A DNA stretch of 37,379 nt, from contig CAYPTI010000004.1 in the NCBI GenBank assembly GCA_964413525.1, forward strand, positions 1 to 37,379, in the 5' to 3' direction. The notes beneath the pieces are model-generated. The model made no database searches and was not told where the DNA came from. It worked only from the letters and a program-made list of their open reading frames with translations. Of the stretch, positions 8,854 to 18,190 are shown piece after piece; position 1 is the first letter of the stretch; each line of letters begins with the position of its first letter. Position numbers and translations under genes: made by a program. This DNA comes from an uncultured bacterium (GTDB lineage Bacteria > T1Sed10-126 > CAYPTI01).

Positions 8854-9458
8854 GCGACATCGACCGCCTTGTTTGTTTGATTCCATTGTTCGGCCATGGT
8901 TAAAAAATTGTCCAGCAGCCGGCGTCCGTGTTCAGTCAGGATCGACTCCGGATGAAACTGGACCCCCCACTGGGGCAATTCGCGGTGGCGGAGCCCCATA
9001 ATCTCGTCGTTCTCCGTCCGCGACGTCACGGTCAGAACCTCCGGCAGCGATTCACGTTGTACCACCAGCGAGTGATACCGGGTCGCCACGAACGGATCCG
9101 GCACACCAGCATACAGACCATCGGAACCGTGGTGAACCTCCGAGGTCTTTCCGTGCAGGAGCCGTCTGGCCCCGACGATCGTGCCTCCGTGAACGGACGC
9201 AATGCACTGATGCCCCAGACAAACGCCCAGAGTGGGAAGTCGATGCCCCAGCTCCCGAATGAGGTCGTTGGAAACACCGGCGGTTTCAGGTCGTCCCGGT
9301 CCCGGGCTAATCAGAAGGGCGTCAGGGTCCCGATCGCGGACGTCCCGCACCGCAATTTCGTCGTTCCGGAATACCGCGGGTCGATGAGAAAGTTCCCCGA
9401 GGTACTGCACGAGGTTATAGGTAAAACTATCGTAGTTGTCGATCAACACGACATCCAT
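8850..9458 (-). CDS. trpG: anthranilate synthase component II (class-I glutamine amidotransferase)
   Basis: Motifs: IDNYDSFTYNLVQYL, ISPGPGRP, LGVCLGHQCI (catalytic Cys), GVQFHPES. ATG at 9458 is preferred; the track start at 9461 is TTG. Confidence 0.92.
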   Translation of the reverse strand: MDVVLIDNYDSFTYNLVQYLGELSHRPAVFRNDEIAVRDVRDRDPDALLISPGPGRPETAGVSNDLIRELGHRLPTLGVCLGHQCIASVHGGTIVGARRLLHGKTSEVHHGSDGLYAGVPDPFVATRYHSLVVQRESLPEVLTVTSRTENDEIMGLRHRELPQWGVQFHPESILTEHGRRLLDNFLTMAEQWNQTNKAVDVA

Positions 9459-9530
9459 CAAACCGCCTCACTTCCCTCAAGTCCCCCTCGTTACAGGAGC
9501 CGAACTCCGTCGGGAGAGATGGAACCGTCG

Positions 9531-9557
9531 GGTCGGGGTTTCGGTGAAACCCCGATC
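9531..9557. other. perfect 9-bp stem / 3-nt loop hairpin in the trpE-trpG spacer
   Basis: CGGGGTTTC-GGT-GAAACCCCG lies at 9534-9554 and can be extended by flanking pairs. No U-tract on either strand. Confidence 0.3.
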
Positions 9558-9659
9558 GTGACGAAACTTCTTCCAGGATACGGACAGGCCGATCATGATA
9601 TCAAATCGAGGGAAAAAACGAATTCCCGACAATCCACCAGGAAGAAATTCCGGCCAACG

Positions 9660-11147
9660 TTATTCCAGAAACGGTTCCTCGGCGATGCTGTCCAGGGCCG
9701 TCAACAGGGCCTCGGCCTTGTCGCGGGTTTCGTCATACTCGGAATCCGGATCCGAATCGGACACGATCCCGGCCCCGGCCTGGATGGACACCGTTCCCTC
9801 ATGCGCCACGATGGTGCGCAGCACGATGCAGCTGTCCATGTCGCCCCCGAACCCGATGTAACCGACGGCCCCTCCGTAGGGCCCCCGGCGGTCCGGTTCA
9901 ATCCCCTCGATCAGCTGCATGGCACGGATCTTCGGGGCTCCGGTCACCGTCCCGGCCGGAAAGGTTGCTCGAAAGGCGTCTAAGGCGTTGGTGTCCGAAC
10001 GCAGGGTGCCTTCCACGTTCGAAACCAGGTGCATCACGTGGGAATACCGTTCGATGACGGCCTGCTGGGTAACGGTTACCGTTCCCGCCCGGCAAACCCG
10101 TCCCAGGTCGTTGCGGCCGAGATCCACCAGCATGGTGTGTTCGGCCTGTTCCTTGGCGTCGGAACGAAGTTCATTCGCCAACCGGTTGTCTTCCTCCGGG
10201 GTATCACCCCGTGAACGGGTGCCCGCGATGGGACGCACCCGGACCGTGTCCCCCTGCACCTGAACCATGACTTCCGGCGAGGCTCCCACGAGTTTTAACT
10301 CGTCGAAATCGAGATAAAACATGTACGGGGAGGGATTGATCCCCCGCAACGTCCGGTACATCTGAAACGGATGGTTGGGGTCATTCAGTTCGAATCGCTG
10401 GGACGGAACGGCCTGAAAAATATCCCCCGCCCGAATCCGCTCCTTCAGTCCACAAACGGCCTGCTTGAACGATCCTCGTGAGAAATTGGAGGTGAGTCGA
10501 TCCGAGAGAGGGGTGTCGGGGGATTGAACGGACAGGCGTCGGGGCCGTTCTCGCAGACGAGCCTCCATTCGATCGAACCGCTCCTCCAGTTCATCAACCC
10601 GGTTTGGAAGCGACGTTTCGTCCTCGGAGAACAGATGACCGATCAGGTGGATTTTTCGCCGGAGGTGATCGAACGCGATCAACCGATCGATCAGGTAGAG
10701 CTGAACGTCCGGAAAGGGAGTTCGGCCGTCGGCGGGTTGAACCGGGACGGTGGGTTCGATGAATTGGATGGTTTCGTAACCAAGATACCCCACCAGTCCC
10801 CCGGTGAAGGGAGGCAAATTCGGCGTTCGCGGGTAATTCCAGCCCTCGATGAGGGAGCGGAGGCGATCGATGGGATCGGACCCTTCGGGAACGTGCAGGT
10901 CCCCGGAAACGGTGACCTCCGAACCGGCAACCCTGAGCACGGCCCGGGGGTTGGTTCCGAGGAACGAATACCGTCCGATCCGCCCTCCCTGTTCCACGCT
11001 CTCCAGCAAAAAGCCCGGGTTCTCCCCCTCGGTCAGGTTCAGGTAGCTGGAGACCGGGGTGATGGTGTCGGCCCGGAGAGTCCGGTGGACGGGGACCATG
11101 TCATGGTCCCGTAATTGGTCTTCCAGGTCGTCCAGATCCCGCTGCAC
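9660..11147 (-). CDS. trpE: anthranilate synthase component I
   Basis: 495 aa. Motifs: LLESVEQGGRIGRYSF, IFQAVPSQRF, NPSPYMFYL, GASPEVMV, GTVTGAPKIRAMQLI, RGPYGGAVGY, AGAGIVSDSDP. The GTG start lies 8 nt after the hisIE stop. Confidence 0.93.
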   Translation of the reverse strand: MQRDLDDLEDQLRDHDMVPVHRTLRADTITPVSSYLNLTEGENPGFLLESVEQGGRIGRYSFLGTNPRAVLRVAGSEVTVSGDLHVPEGSDPIDRLRSLIEGWNYPRTPNLPPFTGGLVGYLGYETIQFIEPTVPVQPADGRTPFPDVQLYLIDRLIAFDHLRRKIHLIGHLFSEDETSLPNRVDELEERFDRMEARLRERPRRLSVQSPDTPLSDRLTSNFSRGSFKQAVCGLKERIRAGDIFQAVPSQRFELNDPNHPFQMYRTLRGINPSPYMFYLDFDELKLVGASPEVMVQVQGDTVRVRPIAGTRSRGDTPEEDNRLANELRSDAKEQAEHTMLVDLGRNDLGRVCRAGTVTVTQQAVIERYSHVMHLVSNVEGTLRSDTNALDAFRATFPAGTVTGAPKIRAMQLIEGIEPDRRGPYGGAVGYIGFGGDMDSCIVLRTIVAHEGTVSIQAGAGIVSDSDPDSEYDETRDKAEALLTALDSIAEEPFLE

Positions 11148-11155
11148 CGGAGGAC

Positions 11156-11848
11156 CTACCGTCGTCGCTCCAGAGCACCGGCCAGCTCGTCTATCGTCAC
11201 GCCGACCTTCCGGCAGAGCACCAGGAGATGGTACAGGAGATCGGCCGCCTCCTCGCTGAACGGTCCGGCCTCATCGTTCTTGGCCGCCAGAATGGTTTCC
11301 AGTGCCTCCTCGCCGACCTTCTCCAGGATGCGATCGAGGGACGGTTTGTCGCCGTCTTCCTCCAGCAGGGTGGTTGTGTACGACCCCTCCGGTCGCTCCT
11401 CATCCCGCTGTTCGATGATTTCCTGCAGTTCCCCCAGGATGGAGCCGATGAACGGACTGCGGGGGACGTCCAGCATCTCCCAGGATCGGTCCTCCGGGTT
11501 CCATTCGACGTGGAAGCAGTGGCGCTTCCCGGTATGACAGGTGACTCCTTCCTGCTCGATAAGGTAAAGCAGTGAGTCCTGGTCACAATCCGCCCGGACG
11601 CTGCGTACTCGCTGCAGGTTGCCGCTGGTCTCCCCTTTTTTCCACAGTTCCTGGCGGCTGCGGCTCCAGTAATGGGCGTATCCCGTCCGGAGCGTCTCGG
11701 ACAGGGCCTCCCGGTTGGCGAAGGCCTGCATCCTGACCTCCCCGGTCACCGCGTCCTGAGCGATGGCCGGGATCAATCCGTCCTCCCCGAAATCGATCCT
11801 ATCAAGCACCCCCGTGGGAAGGTCCGGTGTCGTGTCCATGTACTCCAT
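11156..11848 (-). CDS. hisIE: bifunctional phosphoribosyl-AMP cyclohydrolase / phosphoribosyl-ATP pyrophosphatase
   Basis: 230 aa. HisI part: [26 protein letters not shown]...[19 protein letters not shown]...[24 protein letters not shown]. HisE part: [22 protein letters not shown]...[15 protein letters not shown]...[12 protein letters not shown]. Its ATG overlaps the tusA-like stop by 1 nt. Confidence 0.93.
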   Translation of the reverse strand: MEYMDTTPDLPTGVLDRIDFGEDGLIPAIAQDAVTGEVRMQAFANREALSETLRTGYAHYWSRSRQELWKKGETSGNLQRVRSVRADCDQDSLLYLIEQEGVTCHTGKRHCFHVEWNPEDRSWEMLDVPRSPFIGSILGELQEIIEQRDEERPEGSYTTTLLEEDGDKPSLDRILEKVGEEALETILAAKNDEAGPFSEEAADLLYHLLVLCRKVGVTIDELAGALERRR

Positions 11849-12093
11849 CAGGGATCACTCCTGCGTTTTCGGATGGTGGCTTGAAAGGTTCCTTCCCGCT
11901 CCTCCAGTTCGATTAACTCGTGCGGTTCATTCTCCGACCAGCTGCGAAGGTCGTCGGGAAAGGCCGGATCGTCCGACAGCACGACGAGCCGGTCCCCGAT
12001 CTCCAGCTCCTCCAGCTTTCGTGAGGTCTTCACGATCGGGATCGGGCAGAGCAGTCCGGTTGTGTCGAGGCGACCGGCGGGTTGATCAGCCAA
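11848..12093 (-). CDS. TusA/SirA-family sulfurtransferase
   Basis: 81 aa. It has the signature [35 protein letters not shown] (CP-x-P active-site cysteine). The TTG start overlaps the upstream gene's stop by 8 nt. Confidence 0.8.
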   Translation of the reverse strand: MADQPAGRLDTTGLLCPIPIVKTSRKLEELEIGDRLVVLSDDPAFPDDLRSWSENEPHELIELEEREGTFQATIRKRRSDP

Positions 12094-12730
12094 GAAGATC
12101 CAGCACGATCTCCGCCGCTTTACGGCCCGACAGGATCAGAGAGGATTCCGACGGACGATCCGACCGACGAAGTCGTTCGGGCAGGGCCTGATCGCCGGCC
12201 TGAACCCATCCGTCCTGGCGGCGTCCGGTTCCCACCACCATATGGTCAGCCTCGGATTCGGGAGTTCGTGTGGGGGAGGCGGGCTGGCTCATCGGCAGGG
12301 TCCCGATCAGATCCTCGAACTCAAGATTGAGGAGCTCCCTGCTCCACTCGCAGGAAAGGTCCACCGTATCCTCCGCCGAAGCCGGCTCGGTGAGTTCGGC
12401 CACGTCGGTGAGAACGAACCCTCCCGCCCGGAGATACCGGACGGCCAGTTCGTGAAGCAATCGATGTCGGTCCATAAACACAGGCGACTCCGAAGCGGAG
12501 TCCAGACCCATATCATCCAGCACCCGATCGGCCGGGGAAGCGATTCCCACCGGTCCGGTTTGCCAGGTTAACCGCCCGCCCAGCTGTTCGGCCGGTACCA
12601 GAATCACCGAATCCATGGATTCGTTCTGGAGAAAATATCCGGCCACCAGAGCGGCGAGGTTACCCCCGGTAACCCCCACGCGGGCCTCATGCAACGGACG
12701 GAGCCACTCCGTTCGACGTTCCTCCTTCAT
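12086..12730 (-). CDS. hypothetical protein, short degenerate Rossmann / amine-oxidase-like fold
   Basis: The ATG at 12730 lies 38 nt after the mnmA stop; a GTG at 12679 behind GAGG is an alternative. RVGVTGGNLAALVAGYFL...VILVPAEQLGGRL resembles the dinucleotide-binding start of FAD amine-oxidase/PPOX-type proteins, but the GxGxxG is imperfect. The protein is only about 214 aa. The 308-aa track ORF extends over mnmA and was trimmed. Confidence 0.5.
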   Translation of the reverse strand: MKEERRTEWLRPLHEARVGVTGGNLAALVAGYFLQNESMDSVILVPAEQLGGRLTWQTGPVGIASPADRVLDDMGLDSASESPVFMDRHRLLHELAVRYLRAGGFVLTDVAELTEPASAEDTVDLSCEWSRELLNLEFEDLIGTLPMSQPASPTRTPESEADHMVVGTGRRQDGWVQAGDQALPERLRRSDRPSESSLILSGRKAAEIVLDLLG

Positions 12731-12768
12731 CCGGGACCATTCGGACGCCGAGGGTGTCGAAACCAGGC

Positions 12769-13896
12769 TCAAGCGAGCACCTTCTCCGGTTGAACCCGGG
12801 CTGAAACCGCGGGATCCCGTTCGTACGGAAGCGGAGCTTCCTGAATCACGGATCCTCCCAGCATCCGACCCCCCCCGGTATAAAACACGGCAATCTGACC
12901 GCTCGATACGCCCTGCTCCGGCTCCCGAAGGACCAGCTCGTTCTGCGTATCCGAACCGGACCGGAGGGTGCAGGCAACCGGAGATCCGTTGTAGCGGATC
13001 TGAACCTGGCATTCCTCCGGGGGATCCTCGGTCAGCCAGTTGATCGGCCCGACCGTGATGTGACGCTGCTCGAGCCGATCCCGCTCGCCCACCACGAGGG
13101 CATTTTCCTCCGGCAGGATCTTCAGAACGAAGAGCGGGTTGTGGTGAGAAATCCCGAGTCCTTTTCGCTGACCGACGGTGTAGTTCATGATCCCGTCGTG
13201 TTCGCCGATAACCTCGCCGTCGATGTTCCGGATTTCGCCGGGCTCGGGCTCAACGTCCGTGTAGTCCCGGATGAACTGCTTGTAGTCCATGTTCGGGACG
13301 AAGCAGATCGACTGACTTTCCTGCTTATCGGCCACCAGAAGATCGTGTTCTCGGGCGTACGCCCGGACGTCGTCCTTCTCGAAATCCCCGATGGGGAACC
13401 ACACGTCATCCAGGTAGTTCCGGTTGACGAAGGCCAGGTAGTAGGATTGATCCTTCCCCTGATCGACTCCCCGGTAGAGGGCCGGTTCGCCGTCCTCGGT
13501 CCAGCGGCGGACGTAGTGTCCCATGGCGACGTAATCCCCACCGAGCTTCCGGATCTTCTCGACCAGGTAACCAATCTTGACGCTCCGGTTGCACCACACA
13601 CACGGGTTCGGTGTATGGCCTTTCATGTACCCCTCGACGAAGGGTTCAACCACCGATTGTTTGAACAGCTGTTCGACGTCCAGGGTGTAGTGCGGGATGC
13701 CGAACCGGTCGCACATTTGTTTGGCATCCATGAGGTCCTCGATGCTGCAGCAGGTCCGATCGTGCTGCGCTTCAAGGTCCCCGATCCGCATGGTGAATCC
13801 AAACAGATCCACGTCGGTTTTCGTCAACAACCGATGGGCCGTGACGGCGGAATCCAGCCCGCCGCTCATGCCCACGCCTACGGTGACCAAAGTCAT
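12769..13896 (-). CDS. mnmA: tRNA-specific 2-thiouridylase (tRNA s2U34 synthase)
   Basis: PP-loop VGVGMSGGLDSAV. Other motifs: CCSIEDL, GHTPNPCVWCN, GHYV, KDQSYYL, SQSICF. ATG at 13896; the track start at 13899 is TTG. Confidence 0.93.
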   Translation of the reverse strand: MTLVTVGVGMSGGLDSAVTAHRLLTKTDVDLFGFTMRIGDLEAQHDRTCCSIEDLMDAKQMCDRFGIPHYTLDVEQLFKQSVVEPFVEGYMKGHTPNPCVWCNRSVKIGYLVEKIRKLGGDYVAMGHYVRRWTEDGEPALYRGVDQGKDQSYYLAFVNRNYLDDVWFPIGDFEKDDVRAYAREHDLLVADKQESQSICFVPNMDYKQFIRDYTDVEPEPGEIRNIDGEVIGEHDGIMNYTVGQRKGLGISHHNPLFVLKILPEENALVVGERDRLEQRHITVGPINWLTEDPPEECQVQIRYNGSPVACTLRSGSDTQNELVLREPEQGVSSGQIAVFYTGGGRMLGGSVIQEAPLPYERDPAVSARVQPEKVLA

Positions 13897-13980
13897 CAAC
13901 CTCCGTTCGCTTCCGTCCGGTGTGTTTGAATCCGGCCCGGCCCGGACCGGACTGGGTCGCTGCAGTCAATACAACGGCGG

Positions 13981-15156
13981 TCAGGAATCCGGAACGGGAG
14001 AAAATTGTTCCTCCGGTTCCGTCGGCCGGGAATCCGCCGAATGCAGCCGTTCACAAACCTCGTCCAGCGTCCCCGTCAGTTTCGCTCGAACGTCATCCGT
14101 CGTTTCCGGGGGGAAGGATACCCTGATAAAGCCCTCCGGCGAAACATGCTCCGGCAAATCAAGCGATTGTACCACGTGGGAGGGTTGGGGCGTTCCGGAC
14201 GTGCAGGCCGAACCGGTGGCAATCCCGATTCCCCGCATGTCGAGCATCCGCACGACGTCTCCTCCGTCGATCCCCGGCAGAACCAGGCCACTGGTGTTCG
14301 CCACCCGATCAATCCCTTCCCCCGTCACCACGGCATTCCACCGCTCCTGCATGTGCCGTTCAAATTGATTCCGAAGAGTCCGGACTCCGGACCAACCATC
14401 CGGATCCAGGCTCCGGACCGCCTCCGCAAAACCCACGATGGCGGGCACGTTCTCGGTCCCTCCGCGCCGTTCCCGCTCCTGATGGCCTCCGAAAATCAGC
14501 GGGTCCAGTTCCCAGTTCCTGGGCGCCAGCAGCGCACCGATCCCCTTGGGGCCACCGATCTTGTGGGCGCTGACCGTCAGCATGTCGACCGGCATATCGT
14601 CAAACGCAAGGGGCTGTTTCCCAAACGCCTGAACGGCGTCGACGTGAAGGGGAACCCCCGCTTCCCGGCAGCGAGTCCCCACGTCCTCAACCGGGTGGAC
14701 GATCCCCGTCTCGTTGTTGACCCACATGGTCGAAACCAGATCGACGTCGGGGTCAAGCATTCGTTCGAAAGCCGCGAGGTCGAGTTGTCCGCCCGAACCG
14801 AGGGGAATATGCTCAACCGTCGCACCGTGATCCCCGTACCAGCGAACCGTATCCCGGACCGAGGAGTGTTCCACCGAGGTTGTCAGGATCCGGTGATCCT
14901 CCTCCGGAGGACCCAGGTATCCCCGGATGGCAAAACTGTTTGCCTCACTGCCGGAGGCGGTTAACACCAGTTCCTCGGTGCCCGTGCCGAGACCCCGGGC
15001 AAGGGACTGACGCGCATCCTCCACGGCGGCCTTGGTCCGCTGACCGATCCGGTGCAGTGAGGAAGGATTCCCGTAGGCGTCCCGCAGAAACGGTTCCATG
15101 GCCTCCGCCACGGCCGGTTTGATCGGGGTCGTGGCGTTGTAATCAAGATCCAGCAT
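13981..15156 (-). CDS. cysteine desulfurase (NifS/IscS class I, PLP-dependent)
   Basis: Motifs: LDLDYNATTP, TASGSEANS, HVDAVQAFG, SAHKIGGPKGIGAL (PLP lysine), ATGSACTSG (catalytic Cys loop). The ATG at 15156 gives the usual N-terminus; the track ORF begins at a GTG at 15192. Confidence 0.9.
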   Translation of the reverse strand: MLDLDYNATTPIKPAVAEAMEPFLRDAYGNPSSLHRIGQRTKAAVEDARQSLARGLGTGTEELVLTASGSEANSFAIRGYLGPPEEDHRILTTSVEHSSVRDTVRWYGDHGATVEHIPLGSGGQLDLAAFERMLDPDVDLVSTMWVNNETGIVHPVEDVGTRCREAGVPLHVDAVQAFGKQPLAFDDMPVDMLTVSAHKIGGPKGIGALLAPRNWELDPLIFGGHQERERRGGTENVPAIVGFAEAVRSLDPDGWSGVRTLRNQFERHMQERWNAVVTGEGIDRVANTSGLVLPGIDGGDVVRMLDMRGIGIATGSACTSGTPQPSHVVQSLDLPEHVSPEGFIRVSFPPETTDDVRAKLTGTLDEVCERLHSADSRPTEPEEQFSPVPDS

Positions 15157-15240
15157 GGTGAGATCAGTCCTCCCAACGTTCAGGACAAGCACATCGTCCG
15201 GCTGGTACCGTCCCCCGACCGGTGGGTCCCTCCAGACAAG

Positions 15241-16029
15241 TCAGGTGGCGTAGGCGGGAAGTCCCTTCCGGTGGACGAGTGCCTGAGCGCGGATGTACCG
15301 ATCCGGTTCCCCCAGATCACATACGGTACTCCTAATACAGCGGGCGTATAATTGATCGGATTGTATCAACTGACGGAACACGGGACCATCATCAAGTTCC
15401 CCGGTGTCCGGATCCGGGTCCATCGCCGCGGCGTGCCGGAAGAACGGTTCGGTCAGGATCCCCCGTCCGACCGTCCGCCGGGCGGGGAAGGAATCGACCG
15501 CACGGTCGAAGGATCCCCCACCCTTCGATTGTCTCCAGACGATCGGTTCAAACGGAGACGTGTCCTCAACCGAGCGGGTCCGGATATGACCGGAATTGCC
15601 CAGGTATTGAGCTTCGTCCGCCTTGACCTCCATCGTCCCCAGTACGGTGCCCGATGGGGAGACATTCCCCTCATCCAGGCGCTGGATTCCGGGTCCCTCC
15701 AGCACAAAATTATCCGGCAGAGCCATGTACACCGGACCGGGTGACTCCAGCCGTCGATACCCGTGAACCAGGGCGTCCGCGAGTCCCCGGGGTTCGGGTT
15801 GGGTGGCCCAGATCACCGGTGCCCGCTCATCCACCCACTGCCGAAGAAGTGTGTCCTCCGGCCGTCCGATCACCACGATCGGTTCCGATCCGGCGACCTG
15901 AAGTTCATCCACGACGTATCCGACAACGGGCCGAGAGCCGATGGGAAAAAGCGGTTTGGGAACGTATCGGCTGAGCGGTCGCATGCGGGTTCCGCGTCCC
16001 GCCGCGGGGATCAGGGAGGGTCGATTCAA
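15241..16029 (-). CDS. sugar-phosphate nucleotidyltransferase family protein
   Basis: 262 aa. N-terminal signature [30 protein letters not shown] (G-x-G-T-R-x-x-P...KP). The TTG start overlaps the cysE stop (TTGA). The C-terminal half has no motif I recognise. Confidence 0.7.
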   Translation of the reverse strand: MNRPSLIPAAGRGTRMRPLSRYVPKPLFPIGSRPVVGYVVDELQVAGSEPIVVIGRPEDTLLRQWVDERAPVIWATQPEPRGLADALVHGYRRLESPGPVYMALPDNFVLEGPGIQRLDEGNVSPSGTVLGTMEVKADEAQYLGNSGHIRTRSVEDTSPFEPIVWRQSKGGGSFDRAVDSFPARRTVGRGILTEPFFRHAAAMDPDPDTGELDDGPVFRQLIQSDQLYARCIRSTVCDLGEPDRYIRAQALVHRKGLPAYAT

Positions 16030-16682
16030 CGCGGTTCGGTCGGTTCGGGTTCCTCATCAAGCCGGCGCTCAAGCTCCTCGATTCGCTGCTGGAGCTTCTG
16101 GACGGATTCCACCACGGGATCCGGAAGGTCCGTATGATCCAGGGAGACGGAGGGAATTTTCTCCCCTTCCCTGCGCACGACCCGGCCGGGGATCCCCACC
16201 ACGGTCGAACTCGGCGGGACGGACTGAACCACGACGGAGCCGGACCCCACGCGGGACCCTTCCCCGATGGTGATGGCGCCGAGAATGATGGCGTTTGCCC
16301 CGACGACCACCTGGTCCTCAAGGGTTGGATGCCGTTTGCCCCGCTCCTTGCCGGTTCCCCCCAGGGTGACACCCTGGAACAGGGTCACGTCTTCCCCGAT
16401 CTCACTGGTTTCTCCGATCACGACCCCCATGCCGTGATCGATAAAGAACCCCGGACCGATGGAGGCGGCCGGATGAATTTCGATCCCGGTAAAAAATCGA
16501 TTGAGGAAGGAAAGGTACCGGGCGAAAAATTTCAACCCCAGGCTCGTGTGCATCCAGTGGGCCAGACGGTGCAGGACGATGGCGTGAAATCCCTGGTAGG
16601 CAAACAGCACCTCCAGGGTTGAGCGAGCGGCGGGGTCCCGTTCAAAACAGGCCTGAAAATCACGTTTCATCGCGTCAAACAT
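16026..16682 (-). CDS. cysE: serine O-acetyltransferase with a C-terminal coiled-coil-like acidic extension
   Basis: 218 aa. Motifs: [60 protein letters not shown], and hexapeptide repeats. Tail: [25 protein letters not shown]. Confidence 0.9.
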   Translation of the reverse strand: MFDAMKRDFQACFERDPAARSTLEVLFAYQGFHAIVLHRLAHWMHTSLGLKFFARYLSFLNRFFTGIEIHPAASIGPGFFIDHGMGVVIGETSEIGEDVTLFQGVTLGGTGKERGKRHPTLEDQVVVGANAIILGAITIGEGSRVGSGSVVVQSVPPSSTVVGIPGRVVRREGEKIPSVSLDHTDLPDPVVESVQKLQQRIEELERRLDEEPEPTEPR

Positions 16683-16795
16683 AACCGGACCATTCCTCGT
16701 TGCGCCGACCGGATGGAATCAAGCAGATGAACAGTATAGGAAATGACAGAAGAATGCGGATGAATTCACGATCGATTTCCGGGGGACCGCGCCGG

Positions 16796-18061
16796 TTACC
16801 CGTTGTCCGCCGACGGACGACGTTCAATTCGAGCCCCGATTCCCCGTAACTTGGACTCCAGATCTTCGTATCCGCGGTCAAGATGATAAACCCGTCGGAC
16901 CTCGGTGTCACCGTCGGCCACCAGACCGGCCACCACCAGGGCGGCCGACGCCCTCAGGTCGCTGGCCATGACCGGCGCCCCGTCCAATCGTTCCGTGCCC
17001 GTAACCGTTACGGTGGTCGAATCAATTTTGATGTCGGCCCCCAGCCGCTCAAGTTCCAGCACGTGGGTAAACCGGTCTTCAAAGATGGTTTCCTTAATCT
17101 GACAGGTCCCGGTCGATATGCACATCAGAGCCAGGAACTGGGCCTGCATGTCGGTCGGAAACCCCGGGAAGGGTCGGGTGACCACGTCGGTTGGCTCGGG
17201 TCTACGATCCATGACCAGTTCGATGGACCGGTCGGTGGTCTCAATCGTACAGCCCGCTTCCCGTAATTTATGCAGGACCGCCCGCAAGAGGTCCGGTCGT
17301 ACGTCCCCCAGGTGAACCCGTCCCCCGGTGATGGCCCCGGCCGTCAGGTAGGTCCCCGCTTCGATCCGGTCCTCCAGGATCGAATGTTCGGCCCCGTTCA
17401 ACTCCTTGACACCCTCGATCCGGATCGAATCCGTCCCGGCCCCTTCGATCCGGGCTCCGGCCCGGTTTAAAAACTCCGCAAGGTTGACGATTTCCGGTTC
17501 TCGGGCGGCGTTCTGGAGAACGGTTTCCCCGTCGGCCAGAACGGCGCTCATCATCAGGTTTTCCGTGGCTCCAACCGACGGGAAATCAAGGTAGATTTCG
17601 CTTCCAGTCAACCGGGACGCCTGCGCGTGAACGTACCCCTGTTTGATTTCGACGGTGGCTCCCAGGGCCTCCAGTCCGTCCAGGTGGATATCGATCGGAC
17701 GAGCCCCAATGGCACACCCTCCCGGCAAGGAAACCCTGGCTTCGCCCCAGCGAGCGAGGAGCGGGCCCAGCACGAGAACCGAGGCACGCATCTTGCGAAC
17801 AAGATCATAGGGCGCCTCCACCCGGTCGATCTCCCCCGCGTCAATCCGTAGTGACCCGTTATCGTGTGAAAGATCGACCCCGAGCGTTCCCAGGATCTCG
17901 GATAGGGTTCGAATGTCCCTGAGGTCGGGCACCCGGTGGAGTCGGACCGGATCGGTGCACAGAAGCGTTCCGGCCATGATCGGCAGAGCCGCGTTTTTCG
18001 CCCCGCTGATCGGGACGGTGCCATCGAGTCGATGGCCGCCCTCGATGATCAATTTCTCCAT
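16796..18061 (-). CDS. murA: UDP-N-acetylglucosamine 1-carboxyvinyltransferase
   Basis: 421 aa. Motifs: KLIIEGGHRLDGTVPISGAKNAALPI, LPGGCAIGARPIDIHL (active-site Cys), FPSVGATENLMM, GFPTDMQAQF, YHLDRGYE. Confidence 0.95.
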   Translation of the reverse strand: MEKLIIEGGHRLDGTVPISGAKNAALPIMAGTLLCTDPVRLHRVPDLRDIRTLSEILGTLGVDLSHDNGSLRIDAGEIDRVEAPYDLVRKMRASVLVLGPLLARWGEARVSLPGGCAIGARPIDIHLDGLEALGATVEIKQGYVHAQASRLTGSEIYLDFPSVGATENLMMSAVLADGETVLQNAAREPEIVNLAEFLNRAGARIEGAGTDSIRIEGVKELNGAEHSILEDRIEAGTYLTAGAITGGRVHLGDVRPDLLRAVLHKLREAGCTIETTDRSIELVMDRRPEPTDVVTRPFPGFPTDMQAQFLALMCISTGTCQIKETIFEDRFTHVLELERLGADIKIDSTTVTVTGTERLDGAPVMASDLRASAALVVAGLVADGDTEVRRVYHLDRGYEDLESKLRGIGARIERRPSADNG

Positions 18062-18190
18062 CCTTCAAACTCCTTTCCGGAAGCCAACCCACCAGGTCCG
18101 AACCGGAGAGGGTTGGACCTCCTACGAACGGACCCGGACCCCCGACAGTATATTCCTTCCCGTCCGCCGTCCGAACCGCCCCCACTCCGA

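Noticed and set aside
12731-13012. N-terminal 94-aa extension of the 308-aa ORF (12086-13012).
   Set aside because: It would overlap the 3' end of mnmA by more than 240 nt, and the extension is R/G/S-rich with no motif. The internal ATG at 12730 lies just downstream of the mnmA stop.
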